This document shows positions 27,586-37,417 of a stretch of DNA of 64,000 bases, in pieces. Within the stretch, counting starts at the first letter, position 1. Each line of letters begins with the position of its first letter. This stretch comes from an uncultured virus (IMG/VR IMGVR_UViG_3300046507_000471) (lineage: Duplodnaviria > Heunggongvirae > Uroviricota > Caudoviricetes): the IMG/VR virus record IMGVR_UViG_3300046507_000471. The stretch is one strand, 5' to 3'. The notes under the pieces are model-generated. The model saw nothing but the letters and a program-made list of their open reading frames with translations, was not told where the DNA came from and ran no database searches. The translations under genes and the position numbers were made by a program.

Positions 27586-28566
27586 TTATTCTACTTTTTT
27601 GATCTCGAAGAATTTGGAAGTACCTTTTTCCAGATCCTTGAGGTTACCATCTGCTTTCTTAGCCTTACACCAAGGAGCAAACTCGCAGTATTTACAGTGA
27701 TTGCCTACACGATGAGCAAAGTGCTTATCTTCAGATACAGAGTCTATTGCTCCCTGTACATTGAACTCCATCATGTTCTTAAGCTTGCCTTCAATGTCTT
27801 CCTTGTTAGTGAACTCATCTAGGATAATTTCGCCTTCACGGATGAAGCCAACTCCAGACGTTGCACCCTTGATAGGGGTCAATCCAAAGTTAATCATCGG
27901 CTTGTACGAATCAAGCTGTTGTTTATAGTTACGGATACCAGCTGCTGCAGGAGGACCATACTTCCAGTCCAGAATCATCGCATCACCATTATCCAGCATG
28001 ATAACGAAGTCAACTACGCCTCTAAACCATACGTCTGCTGCAAAGAACTTCGTAGCTTTCCACTCACGAGTAACACCAAGCCTAAGCTCAGTGTATACCT
28101 TTTTGACCTTGTTTCGCTTCTTGAAGTTATCGATACGATCCTTGAATTGAGTGATGTTATACTCAACGCCTTCGATTCGTTCGACCCAGAGTTCTTCAGT
28201 AAGCTTCGACGGTACAAACTCTGTCTTAGCCATTGCATACGCATTAGCAACCGTATGACCGAAGAATACCAACTCCAGGATTTTGTGAGCTGCAGAACCT
28301 ACATCTGCTAGCGTCGTGTCTTGATTTGCTGCTAACTGAGGTGGTAACTTAACCTTCAGAATGTACTTCAGATAGAACTGTAAAGGGCATTTCTCTAAGA
28401 CCTTAAGTTTCGAATGGGACCAAGGTCCAAGTGAAACATCGTCAAGCTTTACCTCTTCAAGTGCACTACTTTGAGTGTATAGACTCTTGAGGAAATCTTT
28501 AGAAATCTCTTTCAAGCCATCATCTACTTCTCCGGTACTTTCTACGTTTTCAACTACGTCTGTCAT
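27586..28566 (-). CDS. PD-(D/E)XK RecB/Cas4-like exonuclease
   Basis: WSHSKL...CPLQF; GSAAHKILE; RGVVDF; ILDWKYG; CKYCEFAPWC. Confidence 0.85.
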   Translation of the reverse strand: MTDVVENVESTGEVDDGLKEISKDFLKSLYTQSSALEEVKLDDVSLGPWSHSKLKVLEKCPLQFYLKYILKVKLPPQLAANQDTTLADVGSAAHKILELVFFGHTVANAYAMAKTEFVPSKLTEELWVERIEGVEYNITQFKDRIDNFKKRNKVKKVYTELRLGVTREWKATKFFAADVWFRGVVDFVIMLDNGDAMILDWKYGPPAAAGIRNYKQQLDSYKPMINFGLTPIKGATSGVGFIREGEIILDEFTNKEDIEGKLKNMMEFNVQGAIDSVSEDKHFAHRVGNHCKYCEFAPWCKAKKADGNLKDLEKGTSKFFEIKKVE

Positions 28567-28568
28567 AA

Positions 28569-29138
28569 TTAATGGAATTCCATACTAGTGTAGGGAGACC
28601 AGAAGCTGTCTTCACTTACCTTAGTACTATTCTCTTGTAGTTCGGGTTCGTCAGTCTGATCATCGTTTTGCTCAACTTTATGTGTATCGCGGTTTTCATA
28701 AGCATACACGAAGTTTTCAACGATGTCACGTCTATCTTGACTAAAAAAAGAAGGTAAATTCGTAAACTGCTTCTTCAGCCATTTATAGAAATAGTAACGA
28801 TGTTCAGGTTCAGGAATTGCAATAAAGGCAATAGTGCTTCTCATCAGGCGAATAATCTTCGCTCGACTAAACGGTTTACCCTCGATCTTTCCGTTTTCAC
28901 TTACTAGCTGGCAAGAAGCAGCCACTAAGAATGAATCATCTAATTCTCCAACACACACCCCAAATACCGCTGAACCACCTATCAGATGGAACACACGGTC
29001 TTTCATCTCATTATCTCCGAGTGAAATACTTAGGGACAATTCAGCACACAGTTTAACATGCTCAGGAAGCGTATCTTCTGCGTCGTTCTCTTTACTTGGA
29101 ACGTTGTTCTTGGTTTCTTGCACGATCTCTACCTTCAA
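28569..29138 (-). CDS. hypothetical protein (start uncertain)
   Basis: ORF start overlaps a terminator at 29137-29161. Confidence 0.65.
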   Translation of the reverse strand: MKVEIVQETKNNVPSKENDAEDTLPEHVKLCAELSLSISLGDNEMKDRVFHLIGGSAVFGVCVGELDDSFLVAASCQLVSENGKIEGKPFSRAKIIRLMRSTIAFIAIPEPEHRYYFYKWLKKQFTNLPSFFSQDRRDIVENFVYAYENRDTHKVEQNDDQTDEPELQENSTKVSEDSFWSPYTSMEFH

Positions 29139-29176
29139 AAAAGGCCCCCGAAAGGGAGCCTCTGTATTACGCTTAC

Positions 29177-30028
29177 TTAAACTGAGTACTTGCTGGCGAG
29201 ATCACTTCCGCCATCTTCTGATTCAACTGGACCTTCGATTGAGAGAGTTGAATCTGCGCTATCGTTGCCAAGCTGAGGTGCCGAATCTGATGCACGGCGA
29301 ATCTGAATAAACTCATAGAACTTATCGAGTGATTCCTTACGGTCTTGACGGACTACTTCGAAAAGCTCTTTAAGGAAATCTACAAGTTCAGGTGCTACGT
29401 TCTTTTCTGCTGCCGGTGCCGGTTCAACTACGTATGACTCAACGTTCTTGTACTTTGCGTTAGTCTTTGAACTTAGTTGATATACACGACGATAAGGTGC
29501 TACACCTGCCTTCTTCAGAAGCGACTCAAATTCAGTACCAATCGCATAGTTCGTCTTTGCGAAGTTGATAGAGAAGATGTCGCTGAAGTCTGCTGCAATG
29601 ACCAGCATTTGCTTGATCTTGCTGCACTCTGACTTACGGGTTTCTTCATTGAATTGACCATGCGGGCACTTTGCACAATCAAGACCGATATATCCTACCT
29701 TGGCATCAGGGCTTGAACAAAGCATTTTAGCTTCATCCTTATCCGGACTCCAATACTGACGACCATTGCCTATGTACAGCGGAATAACCTTCAGCGGTGC
29801 ATCAACCTTTTCCTCACCAAGCATGAAGTCACCAGCGCCAACACCCTTCGGGAGCTTGCTGCGGTCAGACGTTGCTTGAATGAGCTTCAACAGGGCGGCA
29901 CGCCAACGAATAGGTTCGTCGCCAATACCCTCTACTACAGCTTCCATCTTTTCCAACAGATCCAATGCGTTCTGCTTATGTGAATCAGGTAGTGCAGCTG
30001 CCAATACTTTAAGTGAATCGAGATTCAT
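29177..30028 (-). CDS. putative ssDNA-binding / recombination protein
   Basis: LCSSPD..G...CAKCP Zn-like motif; acidic C-terminal tail; adjacent to exonuclease and primase. Confidence 0.55.
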   Translation of the reverse strand: MNLDSLKVLAAALPDSHKQNALDLLEKMEAVVEGIGDEPIRWRAALLKLIQATSDRSKLPKGVGAGDFMLGEEKVDAPLKVIPLYIGNGRQYWSPDKDEAKMLCSSPDAKVGYIGLDCAKCPHGQFNEETRKSECSKIKQMLVIAADFSDIFSINFAKTNYAIGTEFESLLKKAGVAPYRRVYQLSSKTNAKYKNVESYVVEPAPAAEKNVAPELVDFLKELFEVVRQDRKESLDKFYEFIQIRRASDSAPQLGNDSADSTLSIEGPVESEDGGSDLASKYSV

Positions 30029-30032
30029 TAAC

Positions 30033-30200
30033 TTATACTTCCTTGGTTTTAATAATTGTGTAACTATGTGAGGCCACTACTTCTTCGAGGTCGCTAAAAG
30101 AGAGACCCCACGTTTCTTTAATCCGTTCGGATACTTGACCCTTATTATACAGGTTTAGATCCTCATCGGTCAAGACGACTTTACCTTGTTTTTCAAGCAT
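30033..30200 (-). CDS. small protein (55 aa, not in ORF track)
   Basis: MLEKQGKVVLTDEDL... lies directly after the promoter motif at 30218. Confidence 0.6.
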   Translation of the reverse strand: MLEKQGKVVLTDEDLNLYNKGQVSERIKETWGLSFSDLEEVVASHSYTIIKTKEV

Positions 30201-30242
30201 ATCGTTGTCTCAATACTGTTATACCAAAAATTCTCAATTTGT

Positions 30243-30428
30243 TTACTCGGTCTTAACCTGGACTACTAGTTGGTTAGAACTTACATAACCACCACGTTTT
30301 TCGAAGTCTCCGAACATAGCTGTACGGATAGCATCCAGAATTTCATGGTCTTTTTCTGAATTGCATTCAAACGAAAGAGCGACCATTTTCTTCTCTTCGT
30401 TTACTTCCATTTCTACCTTAACGCTCAC
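30243..30428 (-). CDS. hypothetical protein
   Basis: Coupled to gmk. Confidence 0.6.
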   Translation of the reverse strand: MSVKVEMEVNEEKKMVALSFECNSEKDHEILDAIRTAMFGDFEKRGGYVSSNQLVVQVKTE

Positions 30429-31026
30429 TCTTGTTCTCCACGTATAGTTCGATCATCTTAGCCATTTCTTCAATGTAGTTAAGATCGTTGCCTGAATTTA
30501 TGAATGTACAATTATATCGTACAGCATCACCCCAAGTCGAGTGTTCATCATGAATACCGGCTATACGCTTGGAATGATATTCGATTCGTTCAGCGCTTTC
30601 GAAATCTGAGGGAGCAAGCCTAGAGAGGTAGCGATGTACCAAAACGTCAAAGCTGGCTTGGACGAAAATCGTGAGTAATGTATAACCATTCGCTGCAGAG
30701 AATTTTTGAAACTGAAATATCCCTGATGGCTCAACGATGCATACGGGCACAACTCCTGAGCTAACTGCTTCTTCTGCGTCAGTCTTGAGAGTTCCATATT
30801 GCTTATCTCTAAATTTGACAGTCTGGACGAACTGGTCTTCTTCAAGAAGTCGATTGAAGATAGAATCGGTAGTGAATCGATAGTCCACTCCATCCTTTTC
30901 TCCTTCACGTGGTTGACGTGTTGTTACGCTTAGTAGCTTTGCAAACTTACCTGATGCCAGGAGCTTGTTAAGCAATTCGCTTTTGCCAGATCCAGAAGGA
31001 CCTGTGATTGTTATTAAATGTTTCAT
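30418..31026 (-). CDS. gmk: guanylate kinase-like nucleotide kinase
   Basis: GPSGSGKS; SVTTRQPREGEKDGVDYRF; YGT. Confidence 0.9.
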   Translation of the reverse strand: MKHLITITGPSGSGKSELLNKLLASGKFAKLLSVTTRQPREGEKDGVDYRFTTDSIFNRLLEEDQFVQTVKFRDKQYGTLKTDAEEAVSSGVVPVCIVEPSGIFQFQKFSAANGYTLLTIFVQASFDVLVHRYLSRLAPSDFESAERIEYHSKRIAGIHDEHSTWGDAVRYNCTFINSGNDLNYIEEMAKMIELYVENKSER

Positions 31027-31577
31027 TCTATCTCAAACTTGTTGTTCTTGGCTAAGTTTTCTTCTGCTGTAATTATACGCAGGTTAGCCGGAACATGTAA
31101 ACCACAAACTAACTTATGCTTCAAAGGAACGATATGATCGACGTGATGTTTACGCCGGAAGAGGATATCAAACATTGCAGCTTCTTCGTAGATACCTTTT
31201 ATCTGTTCCAGATCTGACCAGAAGGGCGTTGCTTTGAGTTTGTCAGCTTTACGTTGATTAACCCTTGCAAGTATTTGAGGTCTAGCCTTAATACTATATG
31301 CTTTATATCCAGCCTTATATTTTTCTGGATCAGCTTTTCTTCTAGCTCGTATCTGATATACTTTCTTTTGCATATTCCTCTGAGCATACGCCTTGTCGTA
31401 GTCTTTATACTTTTGAGGATCTGCTTTTCGTATGGACTGGCCTTTTTCTAGGTTGCATATGACGCATGTACCATTTATAACATATCTTTGAGCGATATGT
31501 CCTTTTATACAAGGCTTTCCAGTAAAGTACTTTTTCAGACCCCTTGCTATAGCTTCTATATTACTAATTACTTCCAT
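31023..31577 (-). CDS. HNH endonuclease
   Basis: YFTGKPCIKGH; HVDHIVPL...CGLHVPANL...ENLAKNN. Confidence 0.88.
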   Translation of the reverse strand: MEVISNIEAIARGLKKYFTGKPCIKGHIAQRYVINGTCVICNLEKGQSIRKADPQKYKDYDKAYAQRNMQKKVYQIRARRKADPEKYKAGYKAYSIKARPQILARVNQRKADKLKATPFWSDLEQIKGIYEEAAMFDILFRRKHHVDHIVPLKHKLVCGLHVPANLRIITAEENLAKNNKFEIE

Positions 31578-31657
31578 TCTTACTACTTGATTAATATTGA
31601 TACTTCGTGATACTCTCTACCTAAAGGAGACTTAAGCGGTCTCGAACGGAATTATAC

Positions 31658-32443
31658 ATGACAGACCTCTCGAAATACTACGAAGAAATTTGCAAGCACC
31701 CTATGCTTAATCGAGAAGAGGAATATGACCTCTTCCTGGAATACCAAGACCCGGCAGCTACTCCAGCTAAGAAAGCCGCTATCAAACAAAAAATCATCAA
31801 TTCAAATCTGAGGTTTTCGTTTAAACAAGCCAAGTACTTTAGTGGAGGAGATCTATATCTATTTGAAGAACTTATTGGAGCTGCCAATGAAGGATTACTA
31901 GTAGGATTTGAAAAATACAAACCTACACCAGAAGTGAGATTTCTTTCTTATGGGGGGTGGTGGATTCAACAAAGAATTCTATATACCATGTCCAAAATGC
32001 GAATTGTAGCCCTGCCGATTTGGAAGCAGCAGATCGGACAACAAATTCAAAAGTATATAGAGGCAAACCCTGATAATTGCTCTTTCGAAACGCTAAAAGA
32101 AAAGTTCCCCAAGGTCTCGGAAAAAGACCTCAGGGAGTTATCTGAAACTAAGTTCCTCACATACTATATTGAGGATATGAACACGGATAGTCCCGAGTTC
32201 GAAATCGATCCTATTGCGACCGAGGTAGAGCAGAGAATTGATAAAGAGCGCATCCATCAAATGATAGACGATCTGCCCAGCCCACACAAAGATATCATCA
32301 TCATGTCTTATGGTTTAAAAGACGGAGATGACAAGACTCATGCAGAGATGGCAAAGACTTTGAACATTTCCAAGGACCAGCTTAGGTCATACAAGCGTGA
32401 AGCAATGGACATGCTCAAAGAGAAGCTTGTACCCGTAAGGTAA
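31658..32443 (+). CDS. sigma70-family RNA polymerase sigma factor
   Basis: Region 1.2 (YYEEI..HPML.REEE), region 2 (NLRF, ELIGAANEGL, RFLSYGGWWI), region 4 HTH. Confidence 0.9.
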   Translation: MTDLSKYYEEICKHPMLNREEEYDLFLEYQDPAATPAKKAAIKQKIINSNLRFSFKQAKYFSGGDLYLFEELIGAANEGLLVGFEKYKPTPEVRFLSYGGWWIQQRILYTMSKMRIVALPIWKQQIGQQIQKYIEANPDNCSFETLKEKFPKVSEKDLRELSETKFLTYYIEDMNTDSPEFEIDPIATEVEQRIDKERIHQMIDDLPSPHKDIIIMSYGLKDGDDKTHAEMAKTLNISKDQLRSYKREAMDMLKEKLVPVR

Positions 32444-32526
32444 TCACTTCGTCGGGGGCACAGGCCAGTGGTCCCAATTCCAGGGCATTTTCTCTACCTA
32501 CTAGTTAAAACTAAAATCTCTTTCCG

Positions 32527-33069
32527 TCAGTCCAGAGTCTTTACTTTAGGTGGCCTGCCTCTTCTCTTTTTGACAGGCTGATCTCCAGGTGGGCTTTGAA
32601 TGGCTAAAGTTTCCGCAGTGTTTTCGGTATCCGTCTGAACTTTGATAGCTTCAGACAGACTGGCTGTTACCGATACGCTCCCCGATTTATCCAATACTCT
32701 TGCGTTTTTTGGTGGTCGTCCTCGGCGCCGTTTTGGCTCATCACCAAGAACGGGAAATCCGACTCCACTTCCTCTAGACTCGTTGGCAGAAGCCAGCTTG
32801 TCACTATCGGCTTTTCCGACCTTTCCGTGTGATCCAGAACTACTGATACGTGACGTGTCAAAAGATGTAGTTTTGCTGGTGATTTCCGGAGAGAACGCAA
32901 ACCTCGGAAACGGCCAGACGTATGGGACTGGCTTTGATTCTGCTTCGACAACGGGTTCAGGGGAAACGACTTTCCTTGGTCTACCGCGCTTTCTTGGTTG
33001 CTCATTGGTCTTTTGCTCTTGTTCAGGGTAAAGAATAGACGAAACTTTTTGAGTGTTATTTACTTCCAC
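32527..33069 (-). CDS. protein with three AT-hook motifs (probable leaderless GTG start at 33069)
   Basis: RKRGRPRK, RRRGRPPK, KRRGRPPK. Confidence 0.7.
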   Translation of the reverse strand: MEVNNTQKVSSILYPEQEQKTNEQPRKRGRPRKVVSPEPVVEAESKPVPYVWPFPRFAFSPEITSKTTSFDTSRISSSGSHGKVGKADSDKLASANESRGSGVGFPVLGDEPKRRRGRPPKNARVLDKSGSVSVTASLSEAIKVQTDTENTAETLAIQSPPGDQPVKKRRGRPPKVKTLD

Positions 33070-33098
33070 AATATACTTATACCAATTTCTGACACTGA

Positions 33099-33716
33099 TT
33101 ATGAACTGATCCAAGCAGCGTCATGGTTAACATTTGAATCGTAGAGAGCGTACTCTACTTCAGGTGAACCGCTTATTGAAATGCCATTCCGTAGAAATCC
33201 TAGCACAACCGTTGATACCAGTTGCTTGAATTTATCAGCCTGAATTTTTCTGCGCAACGTGATGAACTGAACGTACGTACCATTATCAAAAGTCTTAAAC
33301 GGATTTCTGCTCAGATGCAGACCTTGACTCTGACAGACACCAGAGAGAAAAGTCTTCTCGTCTTCAGAAGCTACAATGATTGGAATGTGTGCTTCAAAGT
33401 AGCCATCTTTATCCGTATCCGGATCATATACAACCGCCTTCGGATGCCAAGGAACGGTTTCGATCTTTTGTCTAACAACTTCAAATCCTTTTGCTGAAAG
33501 ATACCAGACAACGTCTTTCATTTTGTTCCACGCGTCTGCATCATCGCCGGTTAGTTTCGAAGAAGTCATTACATCTTGGATGGAACCGGAACCATCTTTC
33601 TTCTGTAAATCTAAGACGATAGGCTTCACGCCGATCTCATCACACATATCAATAAACCGTTGTACTTCTGTTGTTCTTACTGTTACATGAATTTCATAGT
33701 GGATCGGTTTATCCAT
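33099..33716 (-). CDS. conserved hypothetical protein
   Basis: Duplicated YEIH/FEAH pattern; function not recognised. Confidence 0.7.
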   Translation of the reverse strand: MDKPIHYEIHVTVRTTEVQRFIDMCDEIGVKPIVLDLQKKDGSGSIQDVMTSSKLTGDDADAWNKMKDVVWYLSAKGFEVVRQKIETVPWHPKAVVYDPDTDKDGYFEAHIPIIVASEDEKTFLSGVCQSQGLHLSRNPFKTFDNGTYVQFITLRRKIQADKFKQLVSTVVLGFLRNGISISGSPEVEYALYDSNVNHDAAWISS

Positions 33717-33724
33717 ATCTACCT

Positions 33725-34119
33725 TTAAGGTTTGAAAGTCATAGCTTTATCTAATCCCCAGTGCTTCAATCTATAAGCAAGGGCCTTCCCTGTTATTCCA
33801 AGTTCTACAGCCCAATCGTTCATACATTGTGTTTTTCCGCTCCAAGTTATCAACCTTGTTCTAGAGGTATTCCTAGCCTGTACTTTAGAAGAAGACCACT
33901 TACAATTAGACGGTTCGTATTTTCCCTTTGGAAACATCCACAAGAAGTTGTGTTGCCACTTTTTAAAGAAGTTGTTTGAATGAATACTGTATTGCCACAA
34001 ACACAAGCACACTTCCAAAGAGGCCTAACTGTACCATTAGGAGTTACTCTGGTACCTTCTCGCTTAAGAACTGTTAATCTTCCAAAAACGGAGCCTGATA
34101 AATCTATGTGTTTTCCCAC
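33725..34119 (-). pseudogene. internally deleted, frameshifted HNH endonuclease remnant
   Basis: One frame gives FGRLTV...WKCACVCG...SCGCF, another gives YEPSNCKW...QARN; the YGGRGI...LDRID core seen in 15941..16588 is absent. Confidence 0.8.
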
Positions 34120-34535
34120 TATAAAACTTCCAATATTACTCCACAATCTGAGTACATTTTTTTACTAAGTTCCCAGTTGTCTTGCCATCGACCTGACTCT
34201 AGAGCTTCTTTCTGTATGTATACCGTCTTAATACCAGCCTGAATAATTGCCTTAGTGCAATCTATACATGTAGGTAGAGAAGATACGAAAATAGAACTAT
34301 TAAGCAGTTTTGCTCCAGTCCTAGCGGCATTGTATATAGCATTAACTTCAGCATGTGATACCAGTAAATATTTAAGAGGACGCTCATGATTTTCATCTGC
34401 AGTATCGTCAAATCCTCTACAGAATCCGTTATATCCCAAGGAGAGAATTTCCCCTTCTTCTCCTACTACGACTGCTCCTACTTTAGTGGAACGATCCTTG
34501 CTATACAAGTCCCCAATGAACTTTGCATGAGCCAT
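34119..34535 (-). CDS. dCMP deaminase
   Basis: KVGAVVV, GYNG, HAEVNAI, TCIDCTKAIIQAGI. Confidence 0.9.
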   Translation of the reverse strand: MAHAKFIGDLYSKDRSTKVGAVVVGEEGEILSLGYNGFCRGFDDTADENHERPLKYLLVSHAEVNAIYNAARTGAKLLNSSIFVSSLPTCIDCTKAIIQAGIKTVYIQKEALESGRWQDNWELSKKMYSDCGVILEVL

Positions 34536-34548
34536 ATGCTTAGAGTGA

Positions 34549-34839
34549 TTATTGCTCAGGGAACAACTCCTTCAATTTCTTATTAAATTCTTTAACTGCT
34601 TCTGTGTTACCATTCTTTGACTCTTTCATGACACGAAGAATGTCAGTCAAAAGCCAAGCTCCGAAGAATACGAAGAAAATGTTGAATACAGGAATGAGTC
34701 CAATAGTGAAAGCAACGAACGCATCCCTGTTAGTACTCTCTTTTTCAACATTGTAGCTGTCGAGCACAGCTGAAACCTTGGGACCAAACCAAGTACACAA
34801 CCCTAGGGCAACAAGGTAAATCACAAACATTACATTCAT
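34549..34839 (-). CDS. membrane protein
   Basis: Two hydrophobic segments. Confidence 0.7.
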   Translation of the reverse strand: MNVMFVIYLVALGLCTWFGPKVSAVLDSYNVEKESTNRDAFVAFTIGLIPVFNIFFVFFGAWLLTDILRVMKESKNGNTEAVKEFNKKLKELFPEQ

Positions 34840-34847
34840 ACCGCTCT

Positions 34848-35132
34848 CTACGATTTTCTAATCCAGCCAAGATTAGTCAACGTATCGACCGGTTCTGGTG
34901 GGGCGTTTTTGTCTCCTTCAACTTCTTTAACGAGAGAGGGTTCTGCATCGATAATGATCGAACCGTCAAACCCCGTTAGGAATCGAAGTGCATGGCCATC
35001 ATATTCAGGGCCTTGTTTTTGTGTACCAGACTTTCCGAAAGCTTCTTCGTCTCTCTTCTTCTGGTTTTCAATTACATCTTTGAGAGTCTTTTCATTGATA
35101 TGGAAAAACATACCTTCCTTATTTGTAAACAA
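34848..35132 (-). CDS. hypothetical protein
   Basis: Overlaps the helicase stop. Confidence 0.6.
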   Translation of the reverse strand: MFTNKEGMFFHINEKTLKDVIENQKKRDEEAFGKSGTQKQGPEYDGHALRFLTGFDGSIIIDAEPSLVKEVEGDKNAPPEPVDTLTNLGWIRKS

Positions 35133-36747
35133 ATGAGTCTTTCAACCACTTCGGAAGCTTGGTTGAATTCTTCGTTAGAAAGTTGTTAAAACGAGAATCC
35201 ATCAAGAACGTAACCCCGAAGTCATCTTCAGCACGATTAACCCGGCCAATCTGCTGGCCGAAGACTACTAGTGCTTTATAATTGTACCAGGGAAAGTCGT
35301 TTTTGACTTTGTAATTTACGAACTCATCCGACGTATTAAGGTACGGTACACGAAGAATGATCTGGAACCTCGATCTATCGTATTTGAAGTCAACACCTTG
35401 TTGACAGACCGGAGACAGGAAAACCTTGGGCTCATCGGAGGCGTAGAACTCAGACAACCTCTCTTGGACATTAGACTTATCGTGCCATATAACTCTTCCG
35501 GGTGGCAACCAGCTTGCAATTTCTTCAGCCGCTTGATAGGAAGGAACATGAATCAACCCTTTAACGTCGTGGAAGATATTCAAAATCTTATTGATCTTGC
35601 CGATCATGTCTTTGAAGTTATCATTCCAGTTTGCGAATGAAGTATCAACTTGATACTCCGGTTTTACAATGATCGGTCTAGACTTCACCGGAAACGATGA
35701 CGGAACACGAATGAAGTACGCATCTTCAGGTCTGATACCGATGCTCTTGCAATACATGTTCTTGTCATAAATAGTACCTGACATCAGAAGCACATGCTCA
35801 CCATAATCGAACATCAGCTTAGACGGAGCATTACCTACGTTATGAGGAATGAACTCAAAAGCAGTGTTGATGCATCGATCTCCAAGATAATTCGGAGTAC
35901 GTTTGACAGTAAATGCTTCTCCGTAATACTCGGCTTTATCTTTGAACGACAGAATCTGCTCTAAGTACTTGTCACGTTCTGTGAGATAGTTTTCATCCAG
36001 TTCCTTCATTGCCCTCTCAGAGGCGCTTACTTCTGGCAGAAACTTGTCTGACATAAAGAAATCGCACCACTTATCGATAGACGGTTCGCCGGGAGTAGAC
36101 TCAGCTCCAACCAGACCTTTGAGCGTCACCTTCTTCGTGATGAAATCTCGTACGATATCTTCGATTGTGTGAGCTTCATCGATAACAATCAACTTACGTT
36201 TCTGAAATTTCTCACCGAAATTCGTCTGAAAAATAAACGAATGAACATTGTGAATTACAGTGTGATGCTGCTGCGCTACTTCGATTGCTGCTGTGTAAGG
36301 ACAGGGGCCTTGATGCTCAACACACATCTTGTACACAGTCTCACTATTGCGACACGGAGCTGTAGCACAATTGTCTTCGCCTTGAGCAGGCTGTCTTACC
36401 TGACCTTTATTGATATCATTAATCACCTTCAGATAAATCTTGCGACTCTTGCTTCGAGTACAAGGATACGCATTACGGCCTTTCATCAGAACTGTGTCGT
36501 CTGAGAAGTCTTCGTAATACTGATTCTGTAGGGATTTCTGAGGAGTGATTAAGTGGGAGTCCATGAACTTCTTAGCGAAAGTCATGGCGTTTGCTGATTT
36601 GCCAGATCCAACTGGCGCTTCAAGAATTACGAATTTCTTACCTTCATGAAACGCTTTGTCTATTTCTAGCAACGTTACTTTTTGTGTAGGCCTCGCTTCT
36701 TTCAAGGGGAAAAAAGAAAGGATGTCGCTTTTGTATTCTTCCTGCAT
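35119..36747 (-). CDS. DinG/XPD-family SF2 helicase
   Basis: EAPVGSGKS; KGRNAYPC and further Cys; IDEAH; MSGT; QQIGRVNRAEDD; DSRF. Confidence 0.88.
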   Translation of the reverse strand: MQEEYKSDILSFFPLKEARPTQKVTLLEIDKAFHEGKKFVILEAPVGSGKSANAMTFAKKFMDSHLITPQKSLQNQYYEDFSDDTVLMKGRNAYPCTRSKSRKIYLKVINDINKGQVRQPAQGEDNCATAPCRNSETVYKMCVEHQGPCPYTAAIEVAQQHHTVIHNVHSFIFQTNFGEKFQKRKLIVIDEAHTIEDIVRDFITKKVTLKGLVGAESTPGEPSIDKWCDFFMSDKFLPEVSASERAMKELDENYLTERDKYLEQILSFKDKAEYYGEAFTVKRTPNYLGDRCINTAFEFIPHNVGNAPSKLMFDYGEHVLLMSGTIYDKNMYCKSIGIRPEDAYFIRVPSSFPVKSRPIIVKPEYQVDTSFANWNDNFKDMIGKINKILNIFHDVKGLIHVPSYQAAEEIASWLPPGRVIWHDKSNVQERLSEFYASDEPKVFLSPVCQQGVDFKYDRSRFQIILRVPYLNTSDEFVNYKVKNDFPWYNYKALVVFGQQIGRVNRAEDDFGVTFLMDSRFNNFLTKNSTKLPKWLKDSFVYK

Positions 36748-36889
36748 GGCTGTTTCACCAAATTAATTGAGAGGGAGGAAGATTGGCCTTCACCGTTTGG
36801 AGCTGGAAAGTGACGTAGGACAAGTACGTCTCTTTAGCGACAACAATGCAATCTTCCTCAATACTCTTATACCAAAAACCCACGAATTA

Positions 36890-37417
36890 TTACCCGTAGA
36901 CAATGACTTGTATAAAGTTAAGTTTGTAGCGATTGCAGATAGCAAGCGTACTAGCTAGCATATCTATGATTCCAACTTGCATCATATCCAGATCAACCAT
37001 GTCAGGATTGTCTGAATCAAATCCTCCAGCATAGTGATCTAGAATCATATTCGAGTAGATGTGCTGAATGCTGAGAGCGCACATCGTAGTGTCCATTAGA
37101 CTGTCATCATCGAACTCATCCTCGATGAATTCCTCTAACTCTTCTAGTTCAGGAACGTAGAGATCCAAGCAATGAGCCATTACAGCAACATGCTGGATGA
37201 TAGTTCTCAAATCTTTAGCTATAGAATCTAGGTCTGGATTCTTGCCAGTGCCTCTTACTTCGTATACCTTCAGTAGAATGCTAGATAGAGCTACTGACAG
37301 GTTCAATGAACACGTTGCCAGCAAATCTTCTACCTGAGCATAGTTCTGATCTCCTAAATACTGATCAAGAGCTACAACCTTCAATTTTTCAATTTCTTCC
37401 ATTTCACCAAGACTCAA
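36890..37417 (-). CDS. acidic all-helical hypothetical protein
   Basis: ORF in array; only a weak MazG-like impression. Confidence 0.65.
   Translation of the reverse strand: MSLGEMEEIEKLKVVALDQYLGDQNYAQVEDLLATCSLNLSVALSSILLKVYEVRGTGKNPDLDSIAKDLRTIIQHVAVMAHCLDLYVPELEELEEFIEDEFDDDSLMDTTMCALSIQHIYSNMILDHYAGGFDSDNPDMVDLDMMQVGIIDMLASTLAICNRYKLNFIQVIVYG

Noticed and set aside
27586..28566. Cas4-like protein as evidence of a CRISPR-Cas system
   Set aside because: Stand-alone PD-(D/E)XK nucleases are common in phage replication modules; no array or other cas gene is present.
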